Source: an uncultured Verrucomicrobiae bacterium
GTDB taxonomy: Bacteria; Verrucomicrobiota; Verrucomicrobiia; Chthoniobacterales; JAATET01
Reading direction: 5' to 3'
Assembly (NCBI GenBank): GCA_963749035.1
Contig: CAVVKW010000004.1
Span: 396,717-460,716, forward strand
DNA length: 64,000 bases
The notes under the pieces are model-generated. The model did no database searches. It saw nothing but the letters and a program-made list of their open reading frames with translations, and had not been told where the DNA came from. Numbering within the stretch: the first letter of the stretch is position 1; the number at the start of each line of letters is the position of its first letter. Position numbers and translations under genes: made by a program. Positions 1 through 8,847 of the stretch are shown here, in pieces.

Positions 1-790
1 AAGGCGACCAGGCGTCGCTGGAAGGTGCCAAAGCACCGCTCGATCTTGCCCTTGGCCTGAGGGGTGGGAGCCACGAGGTGGGCGGAACCCAGTCCCAGCA
101 TGGCTCGTTGGAACTCGCTTTTGGGATCGCTATGGTCGTCGGTGGAACTCGGTCCGAAGAGGCTCAGGCCGTCGGTGTAGAGGATCTCGGGAAGCCCCCA
201 GCGGGTGAAGGCTTCGCGGAAGTGCTCGAAGTGATTCCAAGTGGTGTCCGATCCGACGAAACGGCCCGCCAGATTGAGTCCGGAGGCGTCGTCCACGGTG
301 AGTAGGAGGGTCTGCTTGGAACTGGCCGGCCACCACTGGTGGATGGAGCTGTCGTGTTGCCAAAGCTCTCCGATGTGCTCGCGGCGGAAGCGTCGGTAAA
401 CCCGGGGTTTGCGGGCCGCAGCGGGCACCAGATGCGCGTAGTGCGCTTTGACGTGGGCCTCGACCGTGGAGCGCGCCCGGCGAAACCCGCAGAGGCGCTC
501 GAGTTCGTCGGCAACGAGCTGGTAGTTGGGCGGATTTTGAAGGGGAAGGAACTCCTCGAGCAGGCATCGCGTCTTGGCTGGCCAGTCCCCCAATCGGTCT
601 CCCCCGCTGGTCTTCGGCCCGTAGTTGGCGCGCTCCGACAGGAAGACTCCGCGCATTTCGTAGAGCCGGGAGCGGCTCACTCCCAGATGCGCAGCTGCCG
701 TGACCGCGTCGAGGGTGCCTGCGTTGAAGTCTTCGAGCGTGCGTCGAACGAATCCGGCGGGATGACGGTGGGCTAACTGCTTTTTTTCAT
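1..790 (-). CDS. DDE (rve/integrase-core) transposase, 3'-truncated by the window edge, with a start-region frame problem
   Basis: My own translation of the minus strand (not in the ORF track because it runs off the edge): ..QLAHRHPAGFVRRTLEDFNAGTLDAVTAAAHLGVSRSRLYEMRG.. (HTH) then ..HQWWPASSKQTLLLTVDDASG.., ..ILYTDGLSLFG.., ..AKGKIERCFGTFQRRLVA (D, D, E-type motifs). ATG at 790-788 followed by A7 is in a different frame. Confidence 0.6.
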
Positions 791-966
791 CGCGGGATCA
801 TCATCCAAGCCAGACGCCCAAGAAAGCAAAGCTGCCTTCTGCTACGAAGGGTTCTCGAACGCCATCCACCCACCAAGCGCGCCAGCGCGGGAAGCGCCTC
901 TCCGTCGGCCTCCGCTACGCTCCGGCCTCCTCCGAGGCGCTTCCCGCGCTGTTTCCAACACCCCAG

Positions 967-1030
967 TCCGGTTTTGAACCGTCTCCTATTCCGGTTTTGC
1001 TCCGTCTCTTTCCGGTTTTGCTCCGGCCCC
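967..1030. repeat. Three direct repeats (spacing 23 and 21 bp) with core TCCGGTTTTG(A/C)(A/T)CCG; possible transposase binding sites
   Basis: tccggttttgaaccgtctcc (967), tccggttttgctccgtctct (990), tccggttttgctccggcccc (1011), read directly. Confidence 0.6.
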
Positions 1031-1191
1031 GACAGTCCTTTCTGGTTGGGAGGGACTGACGAACTTTCGGCGACGGAGAGGAGAGAATTGGTATCGGCAT
1101 TGGGGCGGTTTTCTGGCGGGACGATGACGCGGGTCGTGGCTTGACAGAAAATCGTTGGGAGCCTATCGAAAATGGCGAACCGAGCAGCAGC

Positions 1192-1770
1192 ATGAAAAGT
1201 ATCGTTAACAGCGCGGCAACAATGATGGCCGTTGCAGCCGTGGGTGTGTCCGGTTGCTCCAACCTGACTCCCGGGGAGAATTCCGCCTTGGCCGGGGGAA
1301 TCACGGGGCTGGCTGTCGGGATTCCTTTGGCAGCTTCCGGGGTCAGCTCGAACATCACGGTTCCGGTCACGCTCGGGGCGGCGGCATTGGCGGCGGGTGG
1401 AGCCTACCTTTACGCCAAGCACCAGGCGGATCAGGAACAGCGGCGAATCGCGGAAGCGAGAGCGCGCCTTTACCTAGCAGAGAGAGCGAAGCGGGAGCGG
1501 GAGGAAGCGGCGCGTCGAACGGCCTCGGCGTCGAGTTCATCGTCATCGACATCTTCGACGACCAAGAAGGCTCCGAAGAAAGAGGCGCGCTACATCGCGG
1601 TGGATACGGAGAAGCGCGACGGCTACCAGGGTGAGAAAGCCGTGATGATCTACGACACCGAGTCCGAGCGGTTGGTCGGCAACGACGTTTACGACGTGAA
1701 GAAGCCAAAGGTAGGCCAAGTCGCCAAATACGATTCGGTTCAGGCCGAATACGTCGCGGACGGGATCTAA
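1192..1770 (+). CDS. Hypothetical lipoprotein with a Ser/Lys-rich linker
   Basis: The internal ATG at 1192 gives MKSIVNSAATMMAVAAVGVSGCSN (signal peptide plus lipobox VSGC). The rest has no recognisable family. Confidence 0.55.
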   Translation: MKSIVNSAATMMAVAAVGVSGCSNLTPGENSALAGGITGLAVGIPLAASGVSSNITVPVTLGAAALAAGGAYLYAKHQADQEQRRIAEARARLYLAERAKREREEAARRTASASSSSSSTSSTTKKAPKKEARYIAVDTEKRDGYQGEKAVMIYDTESERLVGNDVYDVKKPKVGQVAKYDSVQAEYVADGI

Positions 1771-2010
1771 GTTGTCCGCTTCACCGAGGTGAGGCCGACG
1801 GCCGTCAGCGATGCCGGTTAAAGATGCCGGTTGGTCAACTTGCGGCTAAGAGGTCGTGAGATGAGTGCCAATCCCGGTCTTTTCACGGGAAAACGACGCC
1901 CCGCGGCGTTGCGTCTCGGTTCCATGTCGCAGCGGACGAGCGGCCTTGCAGCGTTCTTCGGGTCGTCATTTTTGCTTGAAATCGAAGGATCGTCACTTTT
2001 TTCCCACGCT

Positions 2011-3054
2011 CTACGAAGTGACCACTTTCGCGGTCAGCGCATTCAGCGGGAGAAGTCTGAGCAGTTTAGAGGAGAAGCGCGGGTGGAGGCTGGCTTGGCG
2101 GGCGAGTTGGTTCACCCAAAGCCGGCCGCGATACATGGCGCGGTGGGCGCGGCGGTAGTCGGCTTCCGGGGTGGGCGAGTGGACGAGTGCATTGGCGGCG
2201 AGTTCACCGGAGCGCATGGCGTAGGTGATGCCTTCGCCGGTGAAGGGTTCGACCACGCGGGCGGCGTCGCCGAGGAGATAGAGGCCGTCAGCAGCGAGGG
2301 GGGCGGAGTCGGCTCGGGTGAGTGGGGTGATCGAGCGCCAAGTGGTGGTCGGGGGAAGGCCGAATTCGGTTTCGGCGAAGGCCCGGAGGTAGGGAAGGCG
2401 GGGGGCGCGGGCGACGAGGCAGACGTTCATCGTCGAGTCGCCGATGCGAGCGAGGCCACCGTAGCCGTCGGCGTGGAAGATCATCCGGATGGTATTCCCG
2501 AGGTCGGGGGCGAGCGGGGCGTGCGTCTGGATGGCGACGCGGTCGGGTTTGGTGCGACCGAGTCGGTCGGTCTGGCGGGCGATCGTGGAGTTGCGACCGT
2601 CGGCGGCGAGGACGGTGGGTGCGCGGAATTCGCCGTCGGACGTGTGGAGGGTCCAGCGGTCGGCGTGTCGTTCGACGCGGGTGACGGTGATGCCATCGCG
2701 GAAGTCGGCGCCGAGTGCCGTGGCGCGATCGATGAGTAGGGTGTCGAGATCGCGGCGGGCGATCATGAGTTCGCCGTGGGGTGTGGACGGAGACGGGACG
2801 TGGACGCGTTGGCCGTCGGCTCCGAGGAATTCAACGGCGTCGGCGCGGGCGTGCGGGAGAGTGAGGATGCGCTCGTGAAGATCGAGCCGGGTGAGGAGCG
2901 GCCAGACGAGCGGATTCAGGCAATCGCCGCAGACCTTGTGACGGGGGAATTTGGTTTTCTCGAGGACGATCACGCGACGTCCGGCGCGGGCAAGGTGGGC
3001 GGCAGCCACGGAGCCAGCCGGACCGGCACCGACGATGAGAACGTCGAAGTTCAA
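2011..3054 (-). CDS. NAD(P)/FAD-dependent oxidoreductase, geranylgeranyl-reductase-like family
   Basis: 347 aa. N-terminal dinucleotide fold MNFDVLIVGAGPAGSVAAAHLARAGRRVIVLEK. 4-nt overlap with the stop of the upstream waaA gene. Confidence 0.75.
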   Translation of the reverse strand: MNFDVLIVGAGPAGSVAAAHLARAGRRVIVLEKTKFPRHKVCGDCLNPLVWPLLTRLDLHERILTLPHARADAVEFLGADGQRVHVPSPSTPHGELMIARRDLDTLLIDRATALGADFRDGITVTRVERHADRWTLHTSDGEFRAPTVLAADGRNSTIARQTDRLGRTKPDRVAIQTHAPLAPDLGNTIRMIFHADGYGGLARIGDSTMNVCLVARAPRLPYLRAFAETEFGLPPTTTWRSITPLTRADSAPLAADGLYLLGDAARVVEPFTGEGITYAMRSGELAANALVHSPTPEADYRRAHRAMYRGRLWVNQLARQASLHPRFSSKLLRLLPLNALTAKVVTS

Positions 3055-4355
3055 GCGGCGTGGTGTTCGATTAGGTCGCAGGTCCGGTCGGTGGCTCCGA
3101 GGTGGCGAGCGACGATGGGTTGGCCATTGGCAACGAGTTCACGGCGGCGGTCAGGGTCGGCGGCGAGATCGGTGAGGGCGGGCACGAGCGCGTCGGCGTC
3201 GGGGAGCTGGACGGCTCCGTCGTGGCGAACGAGGTCGCGGACGAGGACCTGGAAGTTTTGCATGTGAGGACCGAAAAGGACGGGGCGGTCGGCTTGGATG
3301 GCTTCGGCGGGATTCTGGCCGCCCTTCGCGAGGAAGCTCTTTCCGACGACGACGAGGGTCGCGCAGGAATACCAGTCGCGGAGTTCGCCGGTGGTGTCGA
3401 CGATGATTACATCGAGTTGAGAGTTGAGAGTTGAGGATTGAGAGTTGATTTCCGAACGGAGTTGGACTTGGAGGTCGAGGGACTTGAGGTCGGTGAGAAT
3501 TTCCGGGGTGCGTTCGACGTGGCGGGGGACGCAGATGTAGAACCAGTCGGGGTTCTTCTGGCGGAGAGCGAGGAGGGTTTTGCCGAGGAGCTTTTCTTCA
3601 CCGGGGTGGGTGCTGGCTCCGAGGAGGATGGGGGCGTCGGGTTGGATGCCGAGCTGGTCGAGGAGGGGGCGGAAGTCGCGTTCGGAGGGGGCGGTGGGGT
3701 TGTCGAACTTGATGCTGCCGGTGACGTGAATTTTCTCGCGGCGAACGCCGAGTGACTGCCAGCGGTCGAGGTCCTCGGGGTCGGGCACGCCGATGGCGTC
3801 GAGCTGATTGAAGATGGGGGCGGTGATCCAGCGGGCGCGGCGGTAGCGAGACTCCGAGCGCGGGGAGAGGCGGGCGTTGACGAGCAGGACGCTGGAACCG
3901 GTGGCGCGGACGCCGGCGACAAGGTTCGGCCAGACTTCGGCTTCAATGAGGATGAGCTGGAGCGGGCGAATGAGCGCGATGGCGCGGCGGGTGAAGAGGA
4001 CGAAATCGAGCGGATTGTAAACGGGCTCCAGCCACTCGGAGCGGTTGTCGTTCGCGAGGGCGAATCCGGTCGAGGTGGTGGTCGAGAGAACGAAGGCGCG
4101 GTCGGGGTCGCGCTCGCGGAGGCGGTCGATGAGTTTGAGCGCAATGAGGACTTCGCCGACGCTGACGGCGTGGACCCAGGTGCGACGGCGGGCCGCGAGG
4201 CGGGTGCGGACGTTGGTGGAATAGACGGCGAAACGCTGGCCGAATTTATGCCGGTATTTTCCCCGGCGCAGCATCTTCCAGATGAGCCCGGGGAGCATGA
4301 GGATGACGGCGATCGGGTAGAGCGCGTTGTAGAAAAAGCGGATGATGACGGTCAT
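3051..4355 (-). CDS. waaA: 3-deoxy-D-manno-octulosonic acid (Kdo) transferase
   Basis: 434 aa. N-terminal membrane anchor, WVHAVSVGEV motif, GT30-like C-terminal half (GKSF..GGQNPAEA). Confidence 0.8.
   Translation of the reverse strand: MTVIIRFFYNALYPIAVILMLPGLIWKMLRRGKYRHKFGQRFAVYSTNVRTRLAARRRTWVHAVSVGEVLIALKLIDRLRERDPDRAFVLSTTTSTGFALANDNRSEWLEPVYNPLDFVLFTRRAIALIRPLQLILIEAEVWPNLVAGVRATGSSVLLVNARLSPRSESRYRRARWITAPIFNQLDAIGVPDPEDLDRWQSLGVRREKIHVTGSIKFDNPTAPSERDFRPLLDQLGIQPDAPILLGASTHPGEEKLLGKTLLALRQKNPDWFYICVPRHVERTPEILTDLKSLDLQVQLRSEINSQSSTLNSQLDVIIVDTTGELRDWYSCATLVVVGKSFLAKGGQNPAEAIQADRPVLFGPHMQNFQVLVRDLVRHDGAVQLPDADALVPALTDLAADPDRRRELVANGQPIVARHLGATDRTCDLIEHHAA
3414..3448. repeat. Heptamer tandem repeat (GAGTTGA)x5 inside waaA
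   Basis: gagttga gagttga gagttga ggattga gagttga. Encodes ..NSQSSTLNSQL.. in WaaA. Confidence 0.85.
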
Positions 4356-4909
4356 CGCGGGACGAGGAACGTGACGGCGGCATCGCCGTAGGTTTTGTGG
4401 CGCAGGGATTTCCAGGCGGTGGCGGAGAGGTCGGGGAGGGGGTGTGCGGAGTGGCTTTCGAGAATGAAAGTGCCGGTCGGGGTGAGGGCGAGGGGAAGGG
4501 CGGGGTCGGCGAGAAGCTCGGCGACGAAATCGCGGTCGGCGTCGGACTTGGTGTAAGGCGGGTCGGCGAAGATGAGTTCGAACGAGCCGGGCGGGGCGTA
4601 GAGCGGGAGGAAGCGGGTGACGTCCATGGCCTGCACGCTGCCGGTGAGTTTCGTCTTGGCGAGATTGCGGCGGATCGTGGCGACGGCGGAGGAGTCGGAA
4701 TCGACGAAGGTGGCGGTGGCGGCACCGCGGCTGAGGGCCTCGATGCCGAGCGCGCCGGAGCCGGCGTAGAGGTCGAGGACGCGGGCGTCGGGGACGGCGT
4801 CACCGAGGCTGGAAAATACGGCGGCGCGCACCTTGTCCATGGTGGGGCGCGTGGTGCGAGGGGGAGGGAGGAGGGGGACGCCTCCGGCGGAACCGGCGAT
4901 CACTCGCAT
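4352..4909 (-). CDS. rsmD: 16S rRNA (guanine966-N2)-methyltransferase RsmD-like
   Basis: The internal Met gives MRVIAGSAGG..RPTMDKVRAAVFSSLG..LDLYAGSGALGIEALSRGA..IFADPPY. The longer N-terminal extension in the ORF track is probably not translated. Confidence 0.75.
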   Translation of the reverse strand: MRVIAGSAGGVPLLPPPRTTRPTMDKVRAAVFSSLGDAVPDARVLDLYAGSGALGIEALSRGAATATFVDSDSSAVATIRRNLAKTKLTGSVQAMDVTRFLPLYAPPGSFELIFADPPYTKSDADRDFVAELLADPALPLALTPTGTFILESHSAHPLPDLSATAWKSLRHKTYGDAAVTFLVPR

Positions 4910-4919
4910 CGAACTGAAG

Positions 4920-6398
4920 CTAAGAGCCGTCCTCTTTGGCGGAGGGGTTGTGCTGGGAGCCGCGTTCCTCCGGGACGTCGGGGGCTTTGAACATGCCTTT
5001 GAGGAAGCCGCCGAGGTATTTTCCAACGGTCTCGCCGAGAACGCGCTCGGCGAGGTCGGTTTCCGGTCGGGACGTTTTGCCGGTGATGGCGAAGGCGACC
5101 TGTTTGTAACCGGCGTTTTCGGAGGCGGTGAAATTTTCGTTGAGGAGACCGCGGAGGCCGCGCTGGATTTTCTCGTTCACGAGGAGACGGCCGTCGAGGT
5201 CGAGGTCGCCGTCGAAATCGACCGGGCCTTTCGCGATGATGATGAGGTTGTCGGTCTGGAGGGTGAGGTCGTTGATCCAGATTTTTTCGTCGCGAATGTC
5301 GAGGCGGAGGTCGGCGAGCTGGAGGTCGAGGGTCTGGAGTTCGTCGATGCGAAGGACGTTGCCGATCTGCCGGATGAAATCGAGTGGCTTGAGCTTGCCG
5401 TCGGTCAGCGAGAATTGGCCGTCGCCGTCGTAGGTGGATTTGTCATCGGGACTGCCCTTGAGACGGAACTCGCCTTGGAGGGTGCCGCGGGCGCCGTTGC
5501 CGTCGCCGTGAGCTTCGGAGATGAGTTCGGGAACGGAGACGTCGTCAAGGCGAAGCTGGAGGTCGAACTCGGGAGCGCCGCGGCGGGGAGTGACGAAGAA
5601 AAATTCACCGCGGATCGCGCCGCCGGCGAGGGCGCTCTTGATCTCGGTGACGGCGAGGCGGTCGTTTTCGCGGACGAATTCCGCGCGGAGCTTGCGGGGG
5701 TGGAGGCGGTCGGCGAAGGCGAGTTTGTCGATGCGGATCTCGCCGGAGATCTTTTGGGTGCCGGGTTCCATCCCGCCTTCGATGCGGACGTCCTCGAGTC
5801 GGACGACGGGGCTGCCGCGGCGATCGGTGAGAAGGATTGCGCCCCGGCGGATCGAAAAATTGCGGAGTTCCACGGTGTAGGCGGGCGCTTCGGGAGCTGG
5901 CTTGGCGCGACCGGGGTCGCCGCTGGCCGTCGCGTTTGCCGGATCGTTTGGATTCGTCGCGGGACGAGTCTTGGGCGCGGGGGGCGGCTCGGGGTTTTCC
6001 TGGATCAGCGTGGGGGGCGGCGCGACAACCCACTGCTCGTCGTCGGTCTGGCGGAGAACGAACGTGGGATCGGTGAGGTTGATTTCGCTGATGACGAAGC
6101 GGCGCTGGAGGAGGGGAAAGAACTCGAAGCGGACGGAAAATTTCGAAGCCTCCATCATCTTGGCGTTCGGGAGCATGGGGTCGGCGACGGAGAGGCCGGA
6201 GAGGCTGAGACCAGACCAAGGCGTGTAGAGGGTGCTGCTCACCTCGACGGGCGACCCGAAGGCCTGCGCGGTCGCCTCGCGGATACGCGTCTGCACGGTG
6301 GCGGACTGCAAGTAGATATTGACACCGACCAGAACGAGGATCAGTAGTCCAATGACACCCGCGAGACCGCCGAGAAAAACCTTGGCAATTCGCTTCAC
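4920..6398 (-). CDS. AsmA-family / AsmA-like outer-membrane biogenesis protein
   Basis: 492 aa. N-terminal TM (MKRIAKVFLGGLAGVIGLLILVLVGV), then a beta-rich repetitive body and a C-terminal AsmA_2-like segment (family call from memory). Confidence 0.55.
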   Translation of the reverse strand: MKRIAKVFLGGLAGVIGLLILVLVGVNIYLQSATVQTRIREATAQAFGSPVEVSSTLYTPWSGLSLSGLSVADPMLPNAKMMEASKFSVRFEFFPLLQRRFVISEINLTDPTFVLRQTDDEQWVVAPPPTLIQENPEPPPAPKTRPATNPNDPANATASGDPGRAKPAPEAPAYTVELRNFSIRRGAILLTDRRGSPVVRLEDVRIEGGMEPGTQKISGEIRIDKLAFADRLHPRKLRAEFVRENDRLAVTEIKSALAGGAIRGEFFFVTPRRGAPEFDLQLRLDDVSVPELISEAHGDGNGARGTLQGEFRLKGSPDDKSTYDGDGQFSLTDGKLKPLDFIRQIGNVLRIDELQTLDLQLADLRLDIRDEKIWINDLTLQTDNLIIIAKGPVDFDGDLDLDGRLLVNEKIQRGLRGLLNENFTASENAGYKQVAFAITGKTSRPETDLAERVLGETVGKYLGGFLKGMFKAPDVPEERGSQHNPSAKEDGS

Positions 6399-6434
6399 GC
6401 CCGCAACCTACGCGTCCAATTCCTTTTGTGAAGC

Positions 6435-7322
6435 TTGAATAAAACTCTCATCATTTTGAACCCCGCGGCCCGCGGGGAGCGCGCTAAATCCAAGGGATCG
6501 GCCATTGATGACCTCTCTAAACGCGTGGTCGTGCGCGAGACTAAGGCGGCCGGCGATGGCGAGACCATGGCCAAGCTGGCGATCGAGGAGGGGTTTGAAA
6601 CGATCATCGCGGCGGGTGGCGACGGGACGATCAACGAGGTCGTGAATGGGATCGGTGAATCGGAGGTGACGTTCGGGATTTTGCCGGTCGGGACGATGAA
6701 CGTTTTTGCGCTCGAGCTCGGAATTCCCGTGAACGATTTGGAGAAGGGATGGGAGGTTGTGGAAGCTGGTCACACGCGGGACATCGACTTGCCGCGGGCG
6801 AACGACGAATTCTTCGTGCAACTGGCGGGCGTCGGACTCGATGCGGAGGTGGTCGGGCAGGTGACGCCGGATCAGAAGAAAGTCCTGGGTCCGGTGAGTT
6901 ACGTGTTGTCGCTGGCGCAGGTCGCGGCTCGGAAGCCGCCGCTGATCCACCTGCGCGCGGGCGACGGGACGGAGCGCGAGGGGTGTTTTTTGTTGGTGGG
7001 GAACGGTCGGTTTTACGGCGGGCCCGTGGAGTTGTTTCCGGACGCGAAGCCGGACGATGGGCTCTTGGACGTGGTCTTGTTCAAAAATCAAAGTCACTGG
7101 GACGTGCTGCGGTATCTGCACGCGATCGCGTTTGGCTCGCATCCGGAGCTGCCGGACGTCGAGTATTTTCAGACGGCGGGATTGCAGGTTTCTTCGGAGA
7201 CGGACGTGCCGGTGGAGTTGGACGGAGACCTGGCGGGTTCGGTGCCGTTCGAGTTTGGATTTGCGAAGCGGAAACTGCGCGTCCTCGCGCCGCCCGTGGA
7301 TTACGAGAGAAACGACGACTAG
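6435..7322 (+). CDS. Diacylglycerol-kinase-family lipid kinase (YegS/BmrU-like)
   Basis: 295 aa. ILNPAARGERA.., AAGGDGTINEVVNG motif. Confidence 0.8.
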   Translation: MNKTLIILNPAARGERAKSKGSAIDDLSKRVVVRETKAAGDGETMAKLAIEEGFETIIAAGGDGTINEVVNGIGESEVTFGILPVGTMNVFALELGIPVNDLEKGWEVVEAGHTRDIDLPRANDEFFVQLAGVGLDAEVVGQVTPDQKKVLGPVSYVLSLAQVAARKPPLIHLRAGDGTEREGCFLLVGNGRFYGGPVELFPDAKPDDGLLDVVLFKNQSHWDVLRYLHAIAFGSHPELPDVEYFQTAGLQVSSETDVPVELDGDLAGSVPFEFGFAKRKLRVLAPPVDYERNDD

Positions 7323-7333
7323 TGTTCCCGCGC

Positions 7334-8221
7334 ATGCACCCGGACCTCCGCGCGAACGAGGCGCGGGCGACTAAGGCTCTCGTTCTCATCAATTGCGCGA
7401 TCTACCTGCTGGGATCGCTGCTGACGCCGCGCGCGCAGTATTTGATCGACCTTCAATACGGGCTGAGCGGCGCGGGGATGCAAGCTGGGTATTACTGGCA
7501 GTTGGTCACCCATCAATTTCTGCACGGCAATTTGCTGCACCTGATGCTGAACATGGTCGGGCTTTGGTTTGCCGGGCGAGAACTGGAACGGGTCGTGGGG
7601 ACGAAGGTCTTCCTGGCGTTGTATTTTGCCGGCGGGATCGTGGGCGGACTGGCGCAATTGGTCTTCGTGCCGTCCACGCCGTTGCTGATCGGGGCATCGG
7701 GCGCGGTTTACGCGGTGTTGATCGCGCTGACTGCGATCTTCCCGAACCTGCCGATCACGGCGTTGATCTTTTTCGTCCTGCCGTTGCGGATGCGCGCCAA
7801 GTATCTGGGGATCGGGATCGTGGCCGCGACCGTCGTGATGTGGGTCTTCGGCTACGAAGCGAACGTCGGTCACGCGGCTCATCTGGGCGGGGCGTTGATG
7901 GGTTATCTTTTTGGACGGGGATACGCGCTTTGGGAGCGGAAGCAGGGTCGATCGCTGGAGCCCGACGCGGATTCAGTATTCGGCGTGGCGCGGAGGATGG
8001 AGTCGGCCGATGGGCGTCGACGTTACCGTGGAGCCCGGGGGTCGAGCAGCACGGAGGCGGTGTTCGAGGTGATCGACCCGAGTTCGCGACCGAGCGTGGA
8101 TGAGATCCTCGACAAAGTATTACGCGAAGGGATCGACTCCTTGTCACGCGCGGAGCGGGAGGTGCTGGAGGAGGCGCGCGGCACCCGGCGCCGCCGGGGT
8201 TTCGCGCGGGGAGGGGATTGA
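7334..8221 (+). CDS. Rhomboid-family intramembrane serine protease
   Basis: The internal ATG at 7334 gives MHPDLRANE... Multi-TM. Catalytic GASGAVYAVL (GxSG) and HLGGALMGY histidine motif. The long upstream extension in the ORF track overlaps the lipid kinase gene and was rejected. Confidence 0.8.
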   Translation: MHPDLRANEARATKALVLINCAIYLLGSLLTPRAQYLIDLQYGLSGAGMQAGYYWQLVTHQFLHGNLLHLMLNMVGLWFAGRELERVVGTKVFLALYFAGGIVGGLAQLVFVPSTPLLIGASGAVYAVLIALTAIFPNLPITALIFFVLPLRMRAKYLGIGIVAATVVMWVFGYEANVGHAAHLGGALMGYLFGRGYALWERKQGRSLEPDADSVFGVARRMESADGRRRYRGARGSSSTEAVFEVIDPSSRPSVDEILDKVLREGIDSLSRAEREVLEEARGTRRRRGFARGGD

Positions 8222-8432
8222 GGTCTCGGTTGTCAGTCGTTAGTTATTAGTCGAGAGGCTGGGTGCGGGCGGCGGATGGTGGCCCGGGTGACGTCGCGGT
8301 TGCGTAGGGTCTTGGAAGTCGAAATCGGCGGATTCGTCGAACCGCGCCCGGCCGGAGGCTTCTCGCGGCGTCAGTGGTCTCGCCCTTGTTTGGGCCGCGC
8401 GGCCGGTCGGCTGAACGCGGGAAAGCCGAAAT

Positions 8433-8461
8433 GGGCCGAATCCGCAGGTCGAATTCGGCCC
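8433..8461 (-). terminator. Candidate intrinsic terminator for the small minus-strand gene
   Basis: GGGCCGAAT..ATTCGGCCC, a 9-bp perfect inverted repeat. In minus orientation it is followed by ATTTCGGCTTT (weak U-tract). Confidence 0.35.
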
Positions 8462-8507
8462 GGATCCGGGTCACATTAATGGTGAGAAACGAGTTCTCGG
8501 ACGGCTC

Positions 8508-8759
8508 TTAGACCTCGTCGGCCTTCCGCGAGAGCCGGTTCGACAGAATGAAGAAGCTCGGGACCCAGAGGCCGATGAAAATTCCGAAGCGCTCGCCGTA
8601 GGCACGGTTCTCCCGCGAGGCGGTGAACCACGTGATGATCGAGGCGATGATCGAAACGAATCCCAGATAAAGACAGATGTCCGACACGAGCTTGAGATTC
8701 TCGCGGGTCACCATGTCGACGGGCTGATTGAGATAGTCCTGAATTTCGGCTTTTTTCAT
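8508..8759 (-). CDS. Small hypothetical membrane protein (2 TM)
   Basis: Internal Met MKKAEIQDYLNQ.. then two hydrophobic helices (ICLYLGFVSIIASIITWF, FGIFIGLWVPSFFIL). Divergent from the next gene. Confidence 0.5.
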   Translation of the reverse strand: MKKAEIQDYLNQPVDMVTRENLKLVSDICLYLGFVSIIASIITWFTASRENRAYGERFGIFIGLWVPSFFILSNRLSRKADEV

Positions 8760-8847
8760 ACGGTTTTGATACGTAGCTGAGCGCCAAGCTGGAGGCAACG
8801 GATTGTTGCTCGACACGAGGGAAAACGCGTCGGACAGTTCGCGGCGA

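Larger units (their letters stand above)
1..1035 (-). mobile_element. One end of an insertion sequence (rve/DDE transposase gene plus subterminal direct repeats); the other end is outside the window
   Basis: A minus-strand frame is open from ~775 to the window edge and encodes an HTH plus an integrase-core domain. Three copies of TCCGGTTTTG lie at 967, 990 and 1011, just upstream of the gene. The element boundary was not determined. Confidence 0.55.

Noticed and set aside
787-1422. 211-aa and 151-aa minus-strand ORFs spanning the IS end and the lipoprotein gene start.
   Set aside because: They overlap the well-supported lipoprotein CDS on the opposite strand and the non-coding repeat region of the IS. 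Their composition is typical of spurious GC-rich frames.
4833-6347. Long antisense or alternative-frame ORFs in the track: 1831-2739, 4833-6347, 30893-32296, 41546-43123, 43293-44456, 47082-48191, 58625-60157, 60227-61273 and many Pro/Arg/Gly-rich ones.
   Set aside because: These are typical shadow ORFs of high-GC DNA. They have low-complexity R/P/G/A-rich translations, and each overlaps a gene with clear family motifs on the other strand or frame.
8247-8479. Two overlapping 67-75-aa ORFs in the rhomboid / small-membrane-gene spacer.
   Set aside because: The translations are Arg/Pro-rich and low-complexity, and the region is better explained by a terminator hairpin (8433-8461) and a heptad-type repeat (8230-8255).
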